Origin: a virus
Lineage: Duplodnaviria; Heunggongvirae; Uroviricota; Caudoviricetes
DNA length: 52,958 bases
Direction: 5' to 3' (one strand)
IMG/VR virus record: IMGVR_UViG_2541047912_000003
Within the stretch, counting starts at the first letter, position 1, and every line of letters begins with the position of its first letter. The notes beneath the pieces were generated by a model. It ran no database searches. It was not told where the DNA came from and saw only the letters and a program-made list of their open reading frames with translations. Position numbers and translations under genes: made by a program. Positions 20,345-33,282 of the stretch are shown here, piece by piece.

Positions 20345-22165
20345 TTAATTTTTGCTATCGTCATTAGTGACCGATACACATGATGGCATCCAGTCTTCTG
20401 ATTCCTCCGTCAGGGTCACGTTTGAACGCAAACCGTGCTTCGTTTTCCGTTTCATATACTCCCTGCCATATTCCGCCATTGCCCCCGGCATATCTTTACC
20501 GAAGCGCGTCAGTGTTACAGGTTTACCAAACCCATGTGCCCTCATATAAGCCAGATAGGCATGATAGAGATACCTGCGTGGGCTGAATGGCACAATTTCA
20601 GCATTACCCACTAACAGGCCATCACACATTACCGATGCCATGAGATAACCGCAGAAGTCCACCAGCGAATCCCCCTCTCGCTTTATCGCCAGTGCTTCTT
20701 CAGATTTCTGCTGCTCATATAACAGGCGTCTGGCTTCGTCCTGATCAGCAAACCTTGTAAGCAGATGACGAATCACTACCGCCAGCTCACCTTCTATTTT
20801 TTCCGCCAGCATCGAATCGCGTTCGTTCTCCGGTACAACTTCCGAAAAATTGAATATCACCCGACGACGTGAGATCCCCCCGCTGCGGTCACTGAATGAC
20901 ATGGCGTTATTGTTAACCGCCAGCACTACTGCCGGAATACGCGTTGAATAGGGGGCTTTGTGTTTCGGGTCAATTGCCACCTTGTCACCGCCTGTAATGG
21001 CCTTAATCCCTGCCCCATCACCAGCGTAGCGGGTCATATCCGGCATGATAATCAGCGAAAAGCCAACCACTAACGCACGTTCCCTTGCATCTTCCAGCGC
21101 CTTCATGCTTGCTGATACTGTATTAGCCTTACCCGCCAGCATGGTGCAAATCTCCGCCATCACACTTTTACCACTTCCCCCCGGCCCTGTTACCTCAATG
21201 AATAACTGCCAGTCGTACCGGTTCGCCAGCACCATGAATAATGCCGCCAGTACGCGATCTGCCTTGCGGTCATTCTCAGCCACCGAACGGCGCAACCACT
21301 TCCAGAAATTCGGCGCATGTGTTGCCAGCGTTTCCCCCTCTGCTGGTGGGCTGAAAGGTAATTCACTGGCAATTAACAACCAGTCGTTTTTGTTATGCTC
21401 CCGAAAATTACCAGTTCTGGTATCAAATACCCCGTTACTGAATCCAATCAGGTTACGGGCTGTATTCCCCATTACAGGCAAACTTAACTTCATGGTATCT
21501 ACCGCCGATTTAATAGCGTTCTGCGAATAGCTGATCTCCGCATCAATGAAAATCTGCGCCATAGCACGCTGTAACTCTTTATCCTGAACCGGCTCCCATA
21601 CAACGCCGTTGTAATGATGAACGGTGTCAGAGTCGGCATTGATTGCCAGTTCGCCGCCGTAATGTGCAAGGAGAACTTCACCGCGCTGGCTGGCCCCCAT
21701 CTGATTCAACGCCAAAGATGAAGCACGCTCGTCATTTTTGCGCTCAGCCTTCTTCACTGGCAGTTCAATCACCAGACTTTCCCCATGCTCCGCTTCAGCT
21801 TTTAGGCCGACAAGGCGCGGAGTCCAGTCTTCAGGCTCTCGATCAACAAAGCTACGGTAACAACGTGCTTCCTTTACGCCTGCAATAGCAAGTAATGTCG
21901 CAACCTTCGTCAGATTTTTCTCTGCAATCTTTCCGGCACGATAAACACGCACATAATGACGGCCTTCATCGATAATTTGCATATCATCCAGGTTTTCCAG
22001 TTGTTCCGTACCCAGAATTACTGGTGGTGTATCATCTGCTGCAATATGCTTACCCGCCCATTCATTCCATTCTTTTGCATGGCTCCAGGCATCACTGCCA
22101 GCAAAAATGATGACTTCTGTCATTTTGTCGCGCGGTTGGTATTTTAAGTTCGGAGCACGTTTCAT
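20345..22165 (-). CDS. replication primase-helicase (P4/PICI-type, P-loop NTPase)
   Basis: 606 aa with Walker A GPGGSGKS and downstream Walker B-like hydrophobic-acidic stretch; GGAGG RBS; adjacent iteron origin. Confidence 0.8.
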   Translation of the reverse strand: MKRAPNLKYQPRDKMTEVIIFAGSDAWSHAKEWNEWAGKHIAADDTPPVILGTEQLENLDDMQIIDEGRHYVRVYRAGKIAEKNLTKVATLLAIAGVKEARCYRSFVDREPEDWTPRLVGLKAEAEHGESLVIELPVKKAERKNDERASSLALNQMGASQRGEVLLAHYGGELAINADSDTVHHYNGVVWEPVQDKELQRAMAQIFIDAEISYSQNAIKSAVDTMKLSLPVMGNTARNLIGFSNGVFDTRTGNFREHNKNDWLLIASELPFSPPAEGETLATHAPNFWKWLRRSVAENDRKADRVLAALFMVLANRYDWQLFIEVTGPGGSGKSVMAEICTMLAGKANTVSASMKALEDARERALVVGFSLIIMPDMTRYAGDGAGIKAITGGDKVAIDPKHKAPYSTRIPAVVLAVNNNAMSFSDRSGGISRRRVIFNFSEVVPENERDSMLAEKIEGELAVVIRHLLTRFADQDEARRLLYEQQKSEEALAIKREGDSLVDFCGYLMASVMCDGLLVGNAEIVPFSPRRYLYHAYLAYMRAHGFGKPVTLTRFGKDMPGAMAEYGREYMKRKTKHGLRSNVTLTEESEDWMPSCVSVTNDDSKN

Positions 22166-22449
22166 TTATTACCTCCGGCAACTAACATTGCCCGAATTTT
22201 GCGGATATAGCCTGCGGCACGCCTCTGATTATCTGTCTTGCAATTTTTTACCAGAATGAAATCTCTTTCGAACTGCTGACGCGGCATAACACATTCAAAA
22301 TCATAACCATCACGCAAATAAGAGACACGGCGATCATCAACCGAAATAATCTTTACCCGATAGCCATAGCTATCTTTGAAAATATCCCCAAGGCTGATTT
22401 TTGAATGAGCTTGACCGCTGGCAATAAAGCCAGAAAATTTATTTTTCAT
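22162..22449 (-). CDS. hypothetical protein (95 aa) in the satellite replication operon
   Basis: RBS GGAGAA; stop overlaps the primase start. Confidence 0.5.
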   Translation of the reverse strand: MKNKFSGFIASGQAHSKISLGDIFKDSYGYRVKIISVDDRRVSYLRDGYDFECVMPRQQFERDFILVKNCKTDNQRRAAGYIRKIRAMLVAGGNK

Positions 22450-22451
22450 TT

Positions 22452-22676
22452 TTATTCTCCGGTATAGCTCTGGTCGTGTATTTTTATAGCTTCATCCAGC
22501 TCTTTGATGACAGGATCAAGTAACGTAATTAACGCTCCAGCTAAATTAGCATCCCGTTCATCGTGTTCCGCATTTGTTGTCCCATCAAGCCAGGTTGATA
22601 AGATTTCTCGCATATTTTTGCCACAAACGAGCGCGTTTTCAGCATGTGTCAGCACTTTAAAATAAAGATCATTCAT
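22452..22676 (-). CDS. hypothetical protein (74 aa) in the satellite replication operon
   Basis: RBS GGAGG 7 nt upstream; tightly packed with neighbours. Confidence 0.5.
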   Translation of the reverse strand: MNDLYFKVLTHAENALVCGKNMREILSTWLDGTTNAEHDERDANLAGALITLLDPVIKELDEAIKIHDQSYTGE

Positions 22677-23034
22677 GGCACACCTCCTGACGAATACGGG
22701 CGGCGAATATCATCACGCAGCCAGTTGGGGATTGCTGGCGGGCTTCCTGTTCGCTGGTGGCCTCGATGGTAATCACGCGCGGTTGTGTCGTACTCAGGGC
22801 GATAAAACGCCAGAGGAAATTGTTTTCACATTTCTGAATAAACAGCGTGTTTTCTTCCCGCCCTTTCCAGAAAGCCGCAGTATAGCCCATCTCCTTAACC
22901 ATCTTGCGGGCATCAACCAGCGTGTCAGCGGCTACATGTACCGTAGTTGCTCCATCTGCTATGCGATCGCGATGTAGCGCCAGAAAGATGTATATAAATT
23001 TAGGGTGAGTTTGGGTATGCTGTGTTCCAGCCAT
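22669..23034 (-). CDS. hypothetical protein (121 aa), first gene of the minus-strand satellite operon
   Basis: Internal Met of the 304-aa supplied ORF with GAGG RBS; the upstream extension is Ser/Arg-rich and overlaps a convincing plus-strand gene. Confidence 0.5.
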   Translation of the reverse strand: MAGTQHTQTHPKFIYIFLALHRDRIADGATTVHVAADTLVDARKMVKEMGYTAAFWKGREENTLFIQKCENNFLWRFIALSTTQPRVITIEATSEQEARQQSPTGCVMIFAARIRQEVCHE

Positions 23035-23039
23035 AATCG

Positions 23040-23240
23040 TTACCTCGTTTAACGGTTTGGTTAGAAGCCCGGTTAGTGTTCGCGCACTGCCGGGTTTCGT
23101 CGTTTTTATGAATCGATCATTGTGAGATACATAGCGACCATAATGTGAGATATACATTATATTGTGGTGATATACATTGCAAGTGTTTTTATATCTCACT
23201 TTTGTGTATAGTGATATACACATAACAAATTGGTGATTAA
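23040..23240. promoter_or_regulatory. divergent promoter/operator region of the satellite with repeated TGAGATA(T)ACAT-like motifs
   Basis: Several copies of gtgagatacat / gtgagatatacat / gtgatatacat between divergent genes at 23034 (minus) and 23243 (plus). Confidence 0.5.
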
Positions 23241-23242
23241 CT

Positions 23243-23545
23243 ATGTCTGTATACAAAAATGCAAAATCGCAAATGACAACGATCAGGGTTCCCCACGATG
23301 TTATGGAGGGCATGGAATCCGTAAAACTGGACGGCGAAAGCAACGCCGGATTCATAGTAACCGCCATGCGCGGTGAGATCGCCCGCCGCCAGGCAGAAGG
23401 AAGCGGAGAAAATCCCCTCGTGTCTTCACTGGATGCCTTAGCTAAGGTCGAACAAATCGGCATCAAGGCAGCGGAGGAAATCGGGCAACTCGTAGCCGTC
23501 GCTCGTGAAGAACTCCAGCGGCGTAAAGCCAAAGAATCTGAATAA
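23243..23545 (+). CDS. hypothetical regulator (100 aa), divergently transcribed from the satellite replication operon
   Basis: Charged, helix-rich protein adjacent to the operator repeats; position expected for a satellite repressor; no family recognised. Confidence 0.5.
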   Translation: MSVYKNAKSQMTTIRVPHDVMEGMESVKLDGESNAGFIVTAMRGEIARRQAEGSGENPLVSSLDALAKVEQIGIKAAEEIGQLVAVAREELQRRKAKESE

Positions 23546-23895
23546 TTAGTATCAGCGCCGTGATGTGAGTAACTACGGCGCATTGCTATGTAAATACTGG
23601 CAATAAACAGAAAAGGTAGTTCTACTCCGAATAATTTTATCTGACACTACTCCTAAACTAACATGCGCTTATCTTACAGGATATAAATATAAATCCATAA
23701 AATCACGATTAAATAAAGTCGCTCCAAATATAAACCACACCCAACGCTTAACAAGATAGCAACAAACAGATAAATAACTTGCAGAAATATTTATCGCAAG
23801 GATTATCATTATTAATGACAAATCACTTTACCAAGTCATTCCCCTCTCTTATCATAAAGAGAAAGTAATAAATAAGTTAAGGGAGTTAGAATGCT

Positions 23896-24432
23896 ATGAA
23901 TCTAAAAAAAATAGCCACAAACACAAAAAACAAGATAACAGAAACATTCAATAAACTTATATTAGAGGCATCTAAAACCCCCACACAAGATGAAATTAAA
24001 ATACTTGAGAGAAGGAGTAAGAAGTTTAATTACTCCTTTTTCTCATACGCAGTCACAGGAGCTATAATAGTTTTTTGCTCTCAACCATTAATAAAATACG
24101 CAAACCCAATACTTATTTTATTGAGTGGCCTGCTATTGTCTCTCACCATTATCCACCTCAGAATTCTTTATATTTCACAAACAAATAGATCATGGACAAA
24201 AAATAAAAAAACTGCATATATTATTTTAATTTTATCTGTATGTTTCCTAGCGTCAACATTGACGTTGCTATATCAGGCTTACGATAATAACATCACACAC
24301 AAATTGTACTGTAAAAATATACAACAACTTATTGAAAAAAGGATAGAAACAGAAAAAAACATCAGCATATTCAGTGGAATGCAATGCACCCCGGTATATG
24401 ATTACTCTTTATTTGGATTTAATCTCTTATAA
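23896..24432 (+). CDS. AT-rich integral membrane protein (178 aa, about 3-4 TM segments); cargo gene of the satellite
   Basis: Hydrophobic segments (AVTGAIIVFCSQPLI, ILILLSGLLLSLTIIHL, AYIILILSVCFLASTLTLL); very AT-rich relative to neighbours. Confidence 0.55.
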   Translation: MNLKKIATNTKNKITETFNKLILEASKTPTQDEIKILERRSKKFNYSFFSYAVTGAIIVFCSQPLIKYANPILILLSGLLLSLTIIHLRILYISQTNRSWTKNKKTAYIILILSVCFLASTLTLLYQAYDNNITHKLYCKNIQQLIEKRIETEKNISIFSGMQCTPVYDYSLFGFNLL

Positions 24433-24440
24433 AGAATGTT

Positions 24441-24476
24441 ATTACTGATTTGAGTACAAATTCTCAAATCAGTAAT
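24441..24476. terminator. perfect 14-bp inverted repeat hairpin between convergent genes (likely bidirectional terminator)
   Basis: attactgatttgag / ctcaaatcagtaat arms with 8-nt loop, followed by a T-rich tract. Confidence 0.6.
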
Positions 24477-24501
24477 TCATAATATTTTATTCTGAGATAA
24501 T

Positions 24502-24738
24502 TTAAACTACCCACTCACCTCGAATCCATGCCTGCACTTCTGAAAGACGATATGCAACAGCAGTGGAACCAATCTTGATCCGCTTAGGAAATTTTCCTTC
24601 CTTCTCCAGCTTCCAGCGTGTGCTGTTCGCAAGAGTGGTTAGCTCCCGACATTCTTTCTCACGGATCATTCGGTCAATGTTAGGAATGTACTCCAGACCC
24701 TTTTTATCAACAATTGCCATTTTTTTCATGTTAACCAA
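24502..24738 (-). CDS. alpA: AlpA-family excisionase/transcriptional regulator
   Basis: 78 aa, HTH (ELTTLANSTRWKLEKEGKFPKRIKIGSTAVAYRLSEVQAWI) typical of AlpA/Xis; immediately downstream of int. Confidence 0.8.
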   Translation of the reverse strand: MVNMKKMAIVDKKGLEYIPNIDRMIREKECRELTTLANSTRWKLEKEGKFPKRIKIGSTAVAYRLSEVQAWIRGEWVV

Positions 24739-25966
24739 CCTTTTGTTTGAGGATCGTCACTTTTGAATCAGCACCTGCGATGCTATTGAGATATGTAGTC
24801 CAGAGTTCCAGAGCATCCAGTTTTTTAGCCATAAACTTACTCCGGTTGTAAACACCTGCCACGCCAGGTAGCGCATGGCCTAACAGTTGTTCTACTACAT
24901 AAAATTCAACACCGAGATCACTTAGATGAGTAGATAGCGTTCTTCTAAGGTCGTGTAGTGACCATTGTTTTTCATGGCCCAAACGTTTACCGATTTTCCC
25001 CCCAATCTTGCTTACGCTTTCTCTAATTCGCAGACTTCCCAGCACATAACCAGTATGTTTTGTCTCTTCGTGAACATCCGTTACCCACTGTCGTAGAATT
25101 TCAGGTACTGGTCTGACGATTTCAACACCAGTTTTTGAGTGATCTTTTGGTACAGTCCAAACCCAACTTTCGAGATCCCATTCGCTCCATTCTGATAATC
25201 GGGCTTCACTCATTCGACATCCAAATACTGTACAAAGCACAAACATTTTTCGCGTGTATTCAGACATTAGTTTTAAATCAGGCTCGACAAAAATTGCCTT
25301 CCAGAGCTGGCCGAGTTCGGCTTCATCCAGAACCCGATCCCGCTTACCTGCAATCTGCCCCACATCACTCATGCGCAAATCCTTTAAAGCATCACACGTC
25401 GCGTACTGGCGTACCCGACAAAAACGAAGAGCTAATTTAGTGTCAGAAAAAACATACGCCGCCATAACTGGTGCATTACGTTTAATTCGGTCAAAACAGT
25501 CCAGCCATTCATATAGGTGAGTGTCATTTACGGGCAAATGACCGATATAGGGAAAGATATGCTTTCGAAATCTGCCAAGCGTTACAGCATGAGTTTTACG
25601 ACGCACCTTACAGTAATTTTCATACCAGTAATTTAGTGCATCCTCCACTGTGACCGGCTTTAAGCGTTCTTCAGCCTGAATCTTAATCTGGATACGCGGA
25701 TCACGTTTGTCAGCCAACCAACCACGGCACTCGTCGCGCTTTTCCCTTGCCTGTTTGAGTGACATATCAGGATATTTACCCAACGTTAGCCAGACCGGAG
25801 CAGCCCGGCCACCTGCTAACCTGTAGAAGAAAACAAAGCTCACAGCCCCTTTAGTACTCACACGAATAGAAAGCCCCTTTCCATCAGCAATGGTGATCTG
25901 CTTTTCTCTGGGTTTCCCCAGATATCCTTTAAGCGCTTTGTCGCTCAGTTTGTTCTCGCCAGCCAT
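24731..25966 (-). CDS. int: tyrosine integrase (P4-type) of the satellite
   Basis: N-terminal arm-binding region, catalytic region with HDLRRT and HxLGH-like (LLGHA) motifs and terminal Tyr (VYNRSKF); start taken at MAGENKLSD. Confidence 0.85.
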   Translation of the reverse strand: MAGENKLSDKALKGYLGKPREKQITIADGKGLSIRVSTKGAVSFVFFYRLAGGRAAPVWLTLGKYPDMSLKQAREKRDECRGWLADKRDPRIQIKIQAEERLKPVTVEDALNYWYENYCKVRRKTHAVTLGRFRKHIFPYIGHLPVNDTHLYEWLDCFDRIKRNAPVMAAYVFSDTKLALRFCRVRQYATCDALKDLRMSDVGQIAGKRDRVLDEAELGQLWKAIFVEPDLKLMSEYTRKMFVLCTVFGCRMSEARLSEWSEWDLESWVWTVPKDHSKTGVEIVRPVPEILRQWVTDVHEETKHTGYVLGSLRIRESVSKIGGKIGKRLGHEKQWSLHDLRRTLSTHLSDLGVEFYVVEQLLGHALPGVAGVYNRSKFMAKKLDALELWTTYLNSIAGADSKVTILKQKVG

Positions 25967-26098
25967 TTTTAGCCCCAAAAAGCAATACAAGCTGCAATAC
26001 AGAGATGATTGCAACACACAGATAACGAGGAAAATTCAGTGAAAGCGCCAGATAAATTTATTCTTTATTATCAAAAGATTAAGTGTAAAAACCAGCAA

Positions 26099-26374
26099 CT
26101 ACACGAAAGCCTCAGAAAGCCATGCTAAGTGCTTGGGTTTGACATAACCCGGCGTAAATTCAGAGGTGGAGCCGCCACGGGATCGGATAACCTCACCGGA
26201 AACAATCGGCGAAACGTACAGCGCCATGTTTACCAGTCCCGGAATTTGTGAGAGATAGACTTTTTCCGTGGTGAAAGGATAGGTTTCACGGAAAAACAGG
26301 CGCAGAAACAGCGGATCGAACTTAAAGTGATGCTGGGTCGATGCCAGTAATTCTGCAGTTGTATATACAGACAT
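26099..26374 (-). pseudogene. E: major capsid protein E, N-terminal 82 codons, fused in frame to 9 codons of satellite DNA
   Basis: MSVYTTAELLASTQHHFKFDPLFLRLFFRETYPFTTEKVYLSQIPGLVNMALYVSPIVSGEVIRSRGGSTSEFTPGYVKPKH matches the lambda gpE N-terminus, then diverges (LAWLSEAFV, stop) at the junction. Confidence 0.9.
26130..26139. repeat. right copy of 10-bp direct repeat tgcttgggtt (putative att core, attR side)
   Basis: Identical to 15404-15413; encodes the PKH codons present at both E fragment ends. Confidence 0.7.
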
Positions 26375-26429
26375 AAATTATTTCCATAAAAAAAGCCGCA
26401 CAGGCGGCCTTTGTTGATGAAGGGGAAGA

Positions 26430-26762
26430 TTAAACGATGCTGATTGCCGTTCCGGCAAACGCGGTCCGTTTTTTCGTCTCGTCGCTGGCAGCCTCCGGCC
26501 AGAGCACATCCTCATAACGGAACGAGCCGGACTTGTAGAACGTCAGTGTGGTGCTGGTCTGGTCAGCAGCAACCGCAAGAATGCCAACGGCTGCACCGTC
26601 GGTGGTGCCATCCCACACAACCAGCTTACGGGTAGTGCCATCCAGCATCAGTGGGGTCATTGCAGGCGTTTTCGCACTCAATCCGCCAGGCGCAATTGCT
26701 GTATGAGCCGGATCACTGTTACCCAGCGGCTGGTAATGGTTAAACTCTTCTTTTGTCGCCAT
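26430..26762 (-). CDS. D: head decoration protein D
   Basis: 110 aa, matches lambda gpD. Confidence 0.95.
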   Translation of the reverse strand: MATKEEFNHYQPLGNSDPAHTAIAPGGLSAKTPAMTPLMLDGTTRKLVVWDGTTDGAAVGILAVAADQTSTTLTFYKSGSFRYEDVLWPEAASDETKKRTAFAGTAISIV

Positions 26763-26771
26763 AACTGCCTC

Positions 26772-27179
26772 TTATACCGGTAAAGCTTCAGGTGTATTAA
26801 GTAATTCTTTATTGGTATCAGATGCCAGGTTACCTGCAGCCAGCGGTGCCGGTGCACCCTGCATCAGACGATCCAGCGCAGTGTCACTGCGCGCCTGTGC
26901 ACTCTGTGGTGCTGCGGCCAGAATGCGGCGGGCCGTTTCCACGGTCATTCCGGGGGTTTCTGCCAGAACGCGCGCCTGTTCTTCGCGTCCGTGAGCCTCC
27001 TCACAGTTGAGGATCCCCATAATGCGGCTGTTTTCTGCCGCAACCGCTGCGGTGATCTGTGCGTTCACATCCGGCTGCGCCGCGCTGGCGTTTTCGCCCT
27101 CCTTCGCAGGCTCCACGGTGGTGATGTCAGCCTGCGAAGCAGTGGCTGAAACAGTTGTTGATTGAGTCTCTTTGGTCAT
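26772..27179 (-). CDS. Nu3: capsid scaffolding protein Nu3 (nested in frame within the 3' part of C)
   Basis: In-frame internal Met (MTKETQSTTVSA...) sharing the C stop, as in lambda C/Nu3; exact start not verifiable from sequence alone. Confidence 0.6.
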   Translation of the reverse strand: MTKETQSTTVSATASQADITTVEPAKEGENASAAQPDVNAQITAAVAAENSRIMGILNCEEAHGREEQARVLAETPGMTVETARRILAAAPQSAQARSDTALDRLMQGAPAPLAAGNLASDTNKELLNTPEALPV

Positions 27180-28083
27180 TCGCCCTCCTGAGAGACGGGA
27201 TTTACGTGCATCCAGTGCATCACGCATGACGGTGATCGCATCGCTGCTGTTAACAAGTTCATCAGCCAGTCCGGCATCAATGGCCTCCTGACCGCTGTAC
27301 ACTGCAGCCTCGGTATCCAGCACAGCCTGCACAGACAGGCCGGTATATGCCGACACCTTCTGCGCAAACATCTGGCGGGTTGCGTCCATCCGGGACTGCA
27401 GTGTCTCCCGGACGTCATCCGGAAGATGGCTGTAGGGATTGCCATCCACCTTATGGCTGCCGCTGTAAATCAGCGTGATTTCCACACCCTGTTTCTCCAG
27501 GACAGCACCGTAATTACTGTGAGCCATCATGACGCCGATGGAGCCTGTCCGGGCGGTCTGCGTGACCAGACGCCGGGAGGCGGCACTGGCAAGCAGCTGA
27601 CCTGCACTGCAGTTCATGTCGTTGGCCAGCGCCCATACCGGTTTTATGTCACGCACACGGGCGATGATGTCAGCGCAGTCAAATGCCCCCGCCACCATTC
27701 CGCCTGGCGTGTCCATATCGAGCAGAATGCCGTCCACCATCGGGTCGCTGGCAGCCTGTTGCAGACGGGCGATAATGCCGTTGTAACCGGTCATCCCCGA
27801 GTACGGCTGCAGCGCCCGCGTCCGGCTGACCAGCGTGCCGGACACCGGCAGCACGGCGATGCCGTTCATGACCTGATAACTCCGGGCCTGTCGTGGTCCG
27901 TCATCATCACCGGATAATGCCAGCGTCGCGAGTGCCTCCTGGGCAGTCAGGCTGTCGCCGGACACCGCATCCGTCAGGCGGCTGATCCCAAGCTGGCCTG
28001 CAAGCGCACAAAAGAAAACCCGCGCATAGGCGGGTTCAAGCATCAGCGGCTCATTAAAGGCCATGCTGGCAATATGCGGGAGA

Positions 28084-28103
<20 letters not shown>
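26772..28103 (-). CDS. C: prohead protease / minor capsid protein C
   Basis: Matches lambda gpC from VTAELRNLPHIASMAFNEPLM (GTG start inferred); the supplied ORF extends upstream into B. Confidence 0.85.
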
Positions 28104-31784
<3,681 letters not shown>

Positions 31785-31810
<26 letters not shown>

Positions 31811-32330
31811 TCAGCAACCCCGGTATCAGTTCATCCAGCGCGGCTGCTTTGTTCATGGCTTTGATGATATCCCGTTTCAGGAAATCAACATGTCGGTTTT
31901 CCAGTTCCGGAAAACGCCGCTGCACCGACAGGGGGATCCCGTCGAGAATACTGGCAATTTCACCTGCGATCCGCGACAACACGAAAGTACAGAATGCGGT
32001 TTCCACCACTTCAGCGGAGTCTCTGGCATTCTTCAGTTCCTGTGCGTCGGCCTGCGCACGCGTAAGTCGATGGCGTTCGTACTCAATAGTCCCTGGCTGG
32101 AGATCTGCCTCGCTGGCCTGCCGCAGTTCTTCAACCTCCCGGCGCAGCTTTTCGTTCTCAATTTCAGCATCCCTTTCGGCATACCATTTTATGACGGCGG
32201 CAGAGTCATAAAGCACCTCATTACCCTTCCCACCACCTCGCAGAACGGGCATTCCCTGCTCCTGCCAGTTCTGAATGGTACGGATACTCGCACCGAAAAT
32301 GTCAGCCAGCTGCTTTTTGTTGACTTCCAT
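31785..32330 (-). CDS. Nu1: terminase small subunit Nu1
   Basis: 181 aa, MEVNKKQLADIFGASIRTIQNWQEQGMP winged-HTH N-terminus as in lambda gpNu1. Confidence 0.95.
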
Positions 32331-32339
32331 TGTTCATTC

Positions 32340-32520
32340 CACGGACAAAAACAGAGAAAGGAAACGACAGAGGCTAAAAAGCCCGTTTTCAGCACCTGTC
32401 GTTTCCTTTCTTTTCAGGGGGTGTTTTAAATAAAAACATTAGGTTACGGCGAAGAAGAACGGAAACGCCTTAAACCGGAAAATTTTCATAAATAGCGAAA
32501 ACCCGCGAGGTCGCCGCCCC
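32340..32520. other. cos: prophage cos site (cosB R-site/IHF region and cosN)
   Basis: Reverse complement of the lambda left-end sequence; cosN 12-mer GGGCGGCGACCT is the reverse complement of 32508-32519 (aggtcgccgccc); lies immediately upstream of Nu1. Confidence 0.85.
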
Positions 32521-32667
32521 GTAACCTGTTGGATCGACGGAAAGGACCCGAAAACGAGAATAATTATCACTTACAGCAAGAATCGAATCTGATCTATTAT
32601 GGTGCTTGCTATTATGTGCCGGCACAAGTGCGTCGTTTACCGTCATTTCACACAGAGGCATCATCAA

Positions 32668-32919
32668 ATGAAAATCAGAAATATTCTCGCTATCTCCCTT
32701 GCGACATCATCCTTCAGTTGCCTGGCATTTAAATCCTCGCCCAATGTGCTACCAGGACCAACGAATCAACTAACTGCGGTAGAAAGTAAAATTATCGGAC
32801 ATTTTTATGCCCCACACAGTACATTACCCGGAACAACCATCACAGGGACATGTGACGCCTCCCCCGTCCCGGGATGCACCTGCCCGTTTTGTACTATGCT
32901 GCGTAGCCAAAACCGATAA
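32668..32919 (+). CDS. hypothetical small secreted Cys-containing protein (83 aa)
   Basis: Internal ATG with AGAGG RBS; N-terminal signal-peptide-like segment MKIRNILAISLATSSFSCLAFKS; between cos and the lysis-region morons. Confidence 0.35.
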   Translation: MKIRNILAISLATSSFSCLAFKSSPNVLPGPTNQLTAVESKIIGHFYAPHSTLPGTTITGTCDASPVPGCTCPFCTMLRSQNR

Positions 32920-32980
32920 CATCCGCATTTACCTGGTATTCCATGATGAGTTCACGCAGCGACTGATAGAGGAAGGAAAG

Positions 32981-33160
32981 ATGGTTAGTAAAAGCAAGGC
33001 GCATTGCCGCCGCATGCTGCAGGCATTGCAACAGACGAGAGCAGGTATTTTTGACCAGTTGGAAAACTGCCAGCATACTTTGCCCGAGTATATCGCCATC
33101 TCATCGGAAACCAGTGCAACTCTTATTCATCGGGTTCCACCAGAGAAAAAGAAGAAATGA
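32981..33160 (+). CDS. hypothetical small protein (59 aa)
   Basis: ATG preceded by strong RBS gaggaaggaaag; Lys-rich C-terminus; no family recognised. Confidence 0.3.
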   Translation: MVSKSKAHCRRMLQALQQTRAGIFDQLENCQHTLPEYIAISSETSATLIHRVPPEKKKK

Positions 33161-33282
33161 ACAGTGAGGCGTTGTGTGGCATACAACGCCTTCTTCCATC
33201 ATTCCTCGTCAGCCATGACAAAAATATAACCGCTGGCTCTTTCATTTTTCTCCTGCTTCCAGCCCCTCTCTATCTGGAAGCA

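Larger units (their letters stand above)
15404..26139. mobile_element. integrated phage-satellite-like element (~10.7 kb; PICI/P4-like) inserted within prophage gene E
   Basis: Bounded by the 10-bp direct repeat; contains tyrosine integrase, AlpA-like gene, primase-helicase, iteron origin, SSB, capsid E/D paralogues, its own cos-like site, and AT-rich cargo genes. Confidence 0.8.

Noticed and set aside
23035-23583. Upstream 183 codons of the 304-aa minus-strand ORF 22669-23583
   Set aside because: Ser/Arg/Ala-rich, overlaps the operator repeats and the plus-strand gene 23243-23545; an internal Met at 23034 has a good RBS, so only 22669-23034 was kept.
14623-26374. Treating the two E-like ORFs flanking the insert as independent genes
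   Set aside because: Their translations are collinear with the N- and C-terminal parts of one lambda gpE and share a junction repeat, so they are one interrupted gene.
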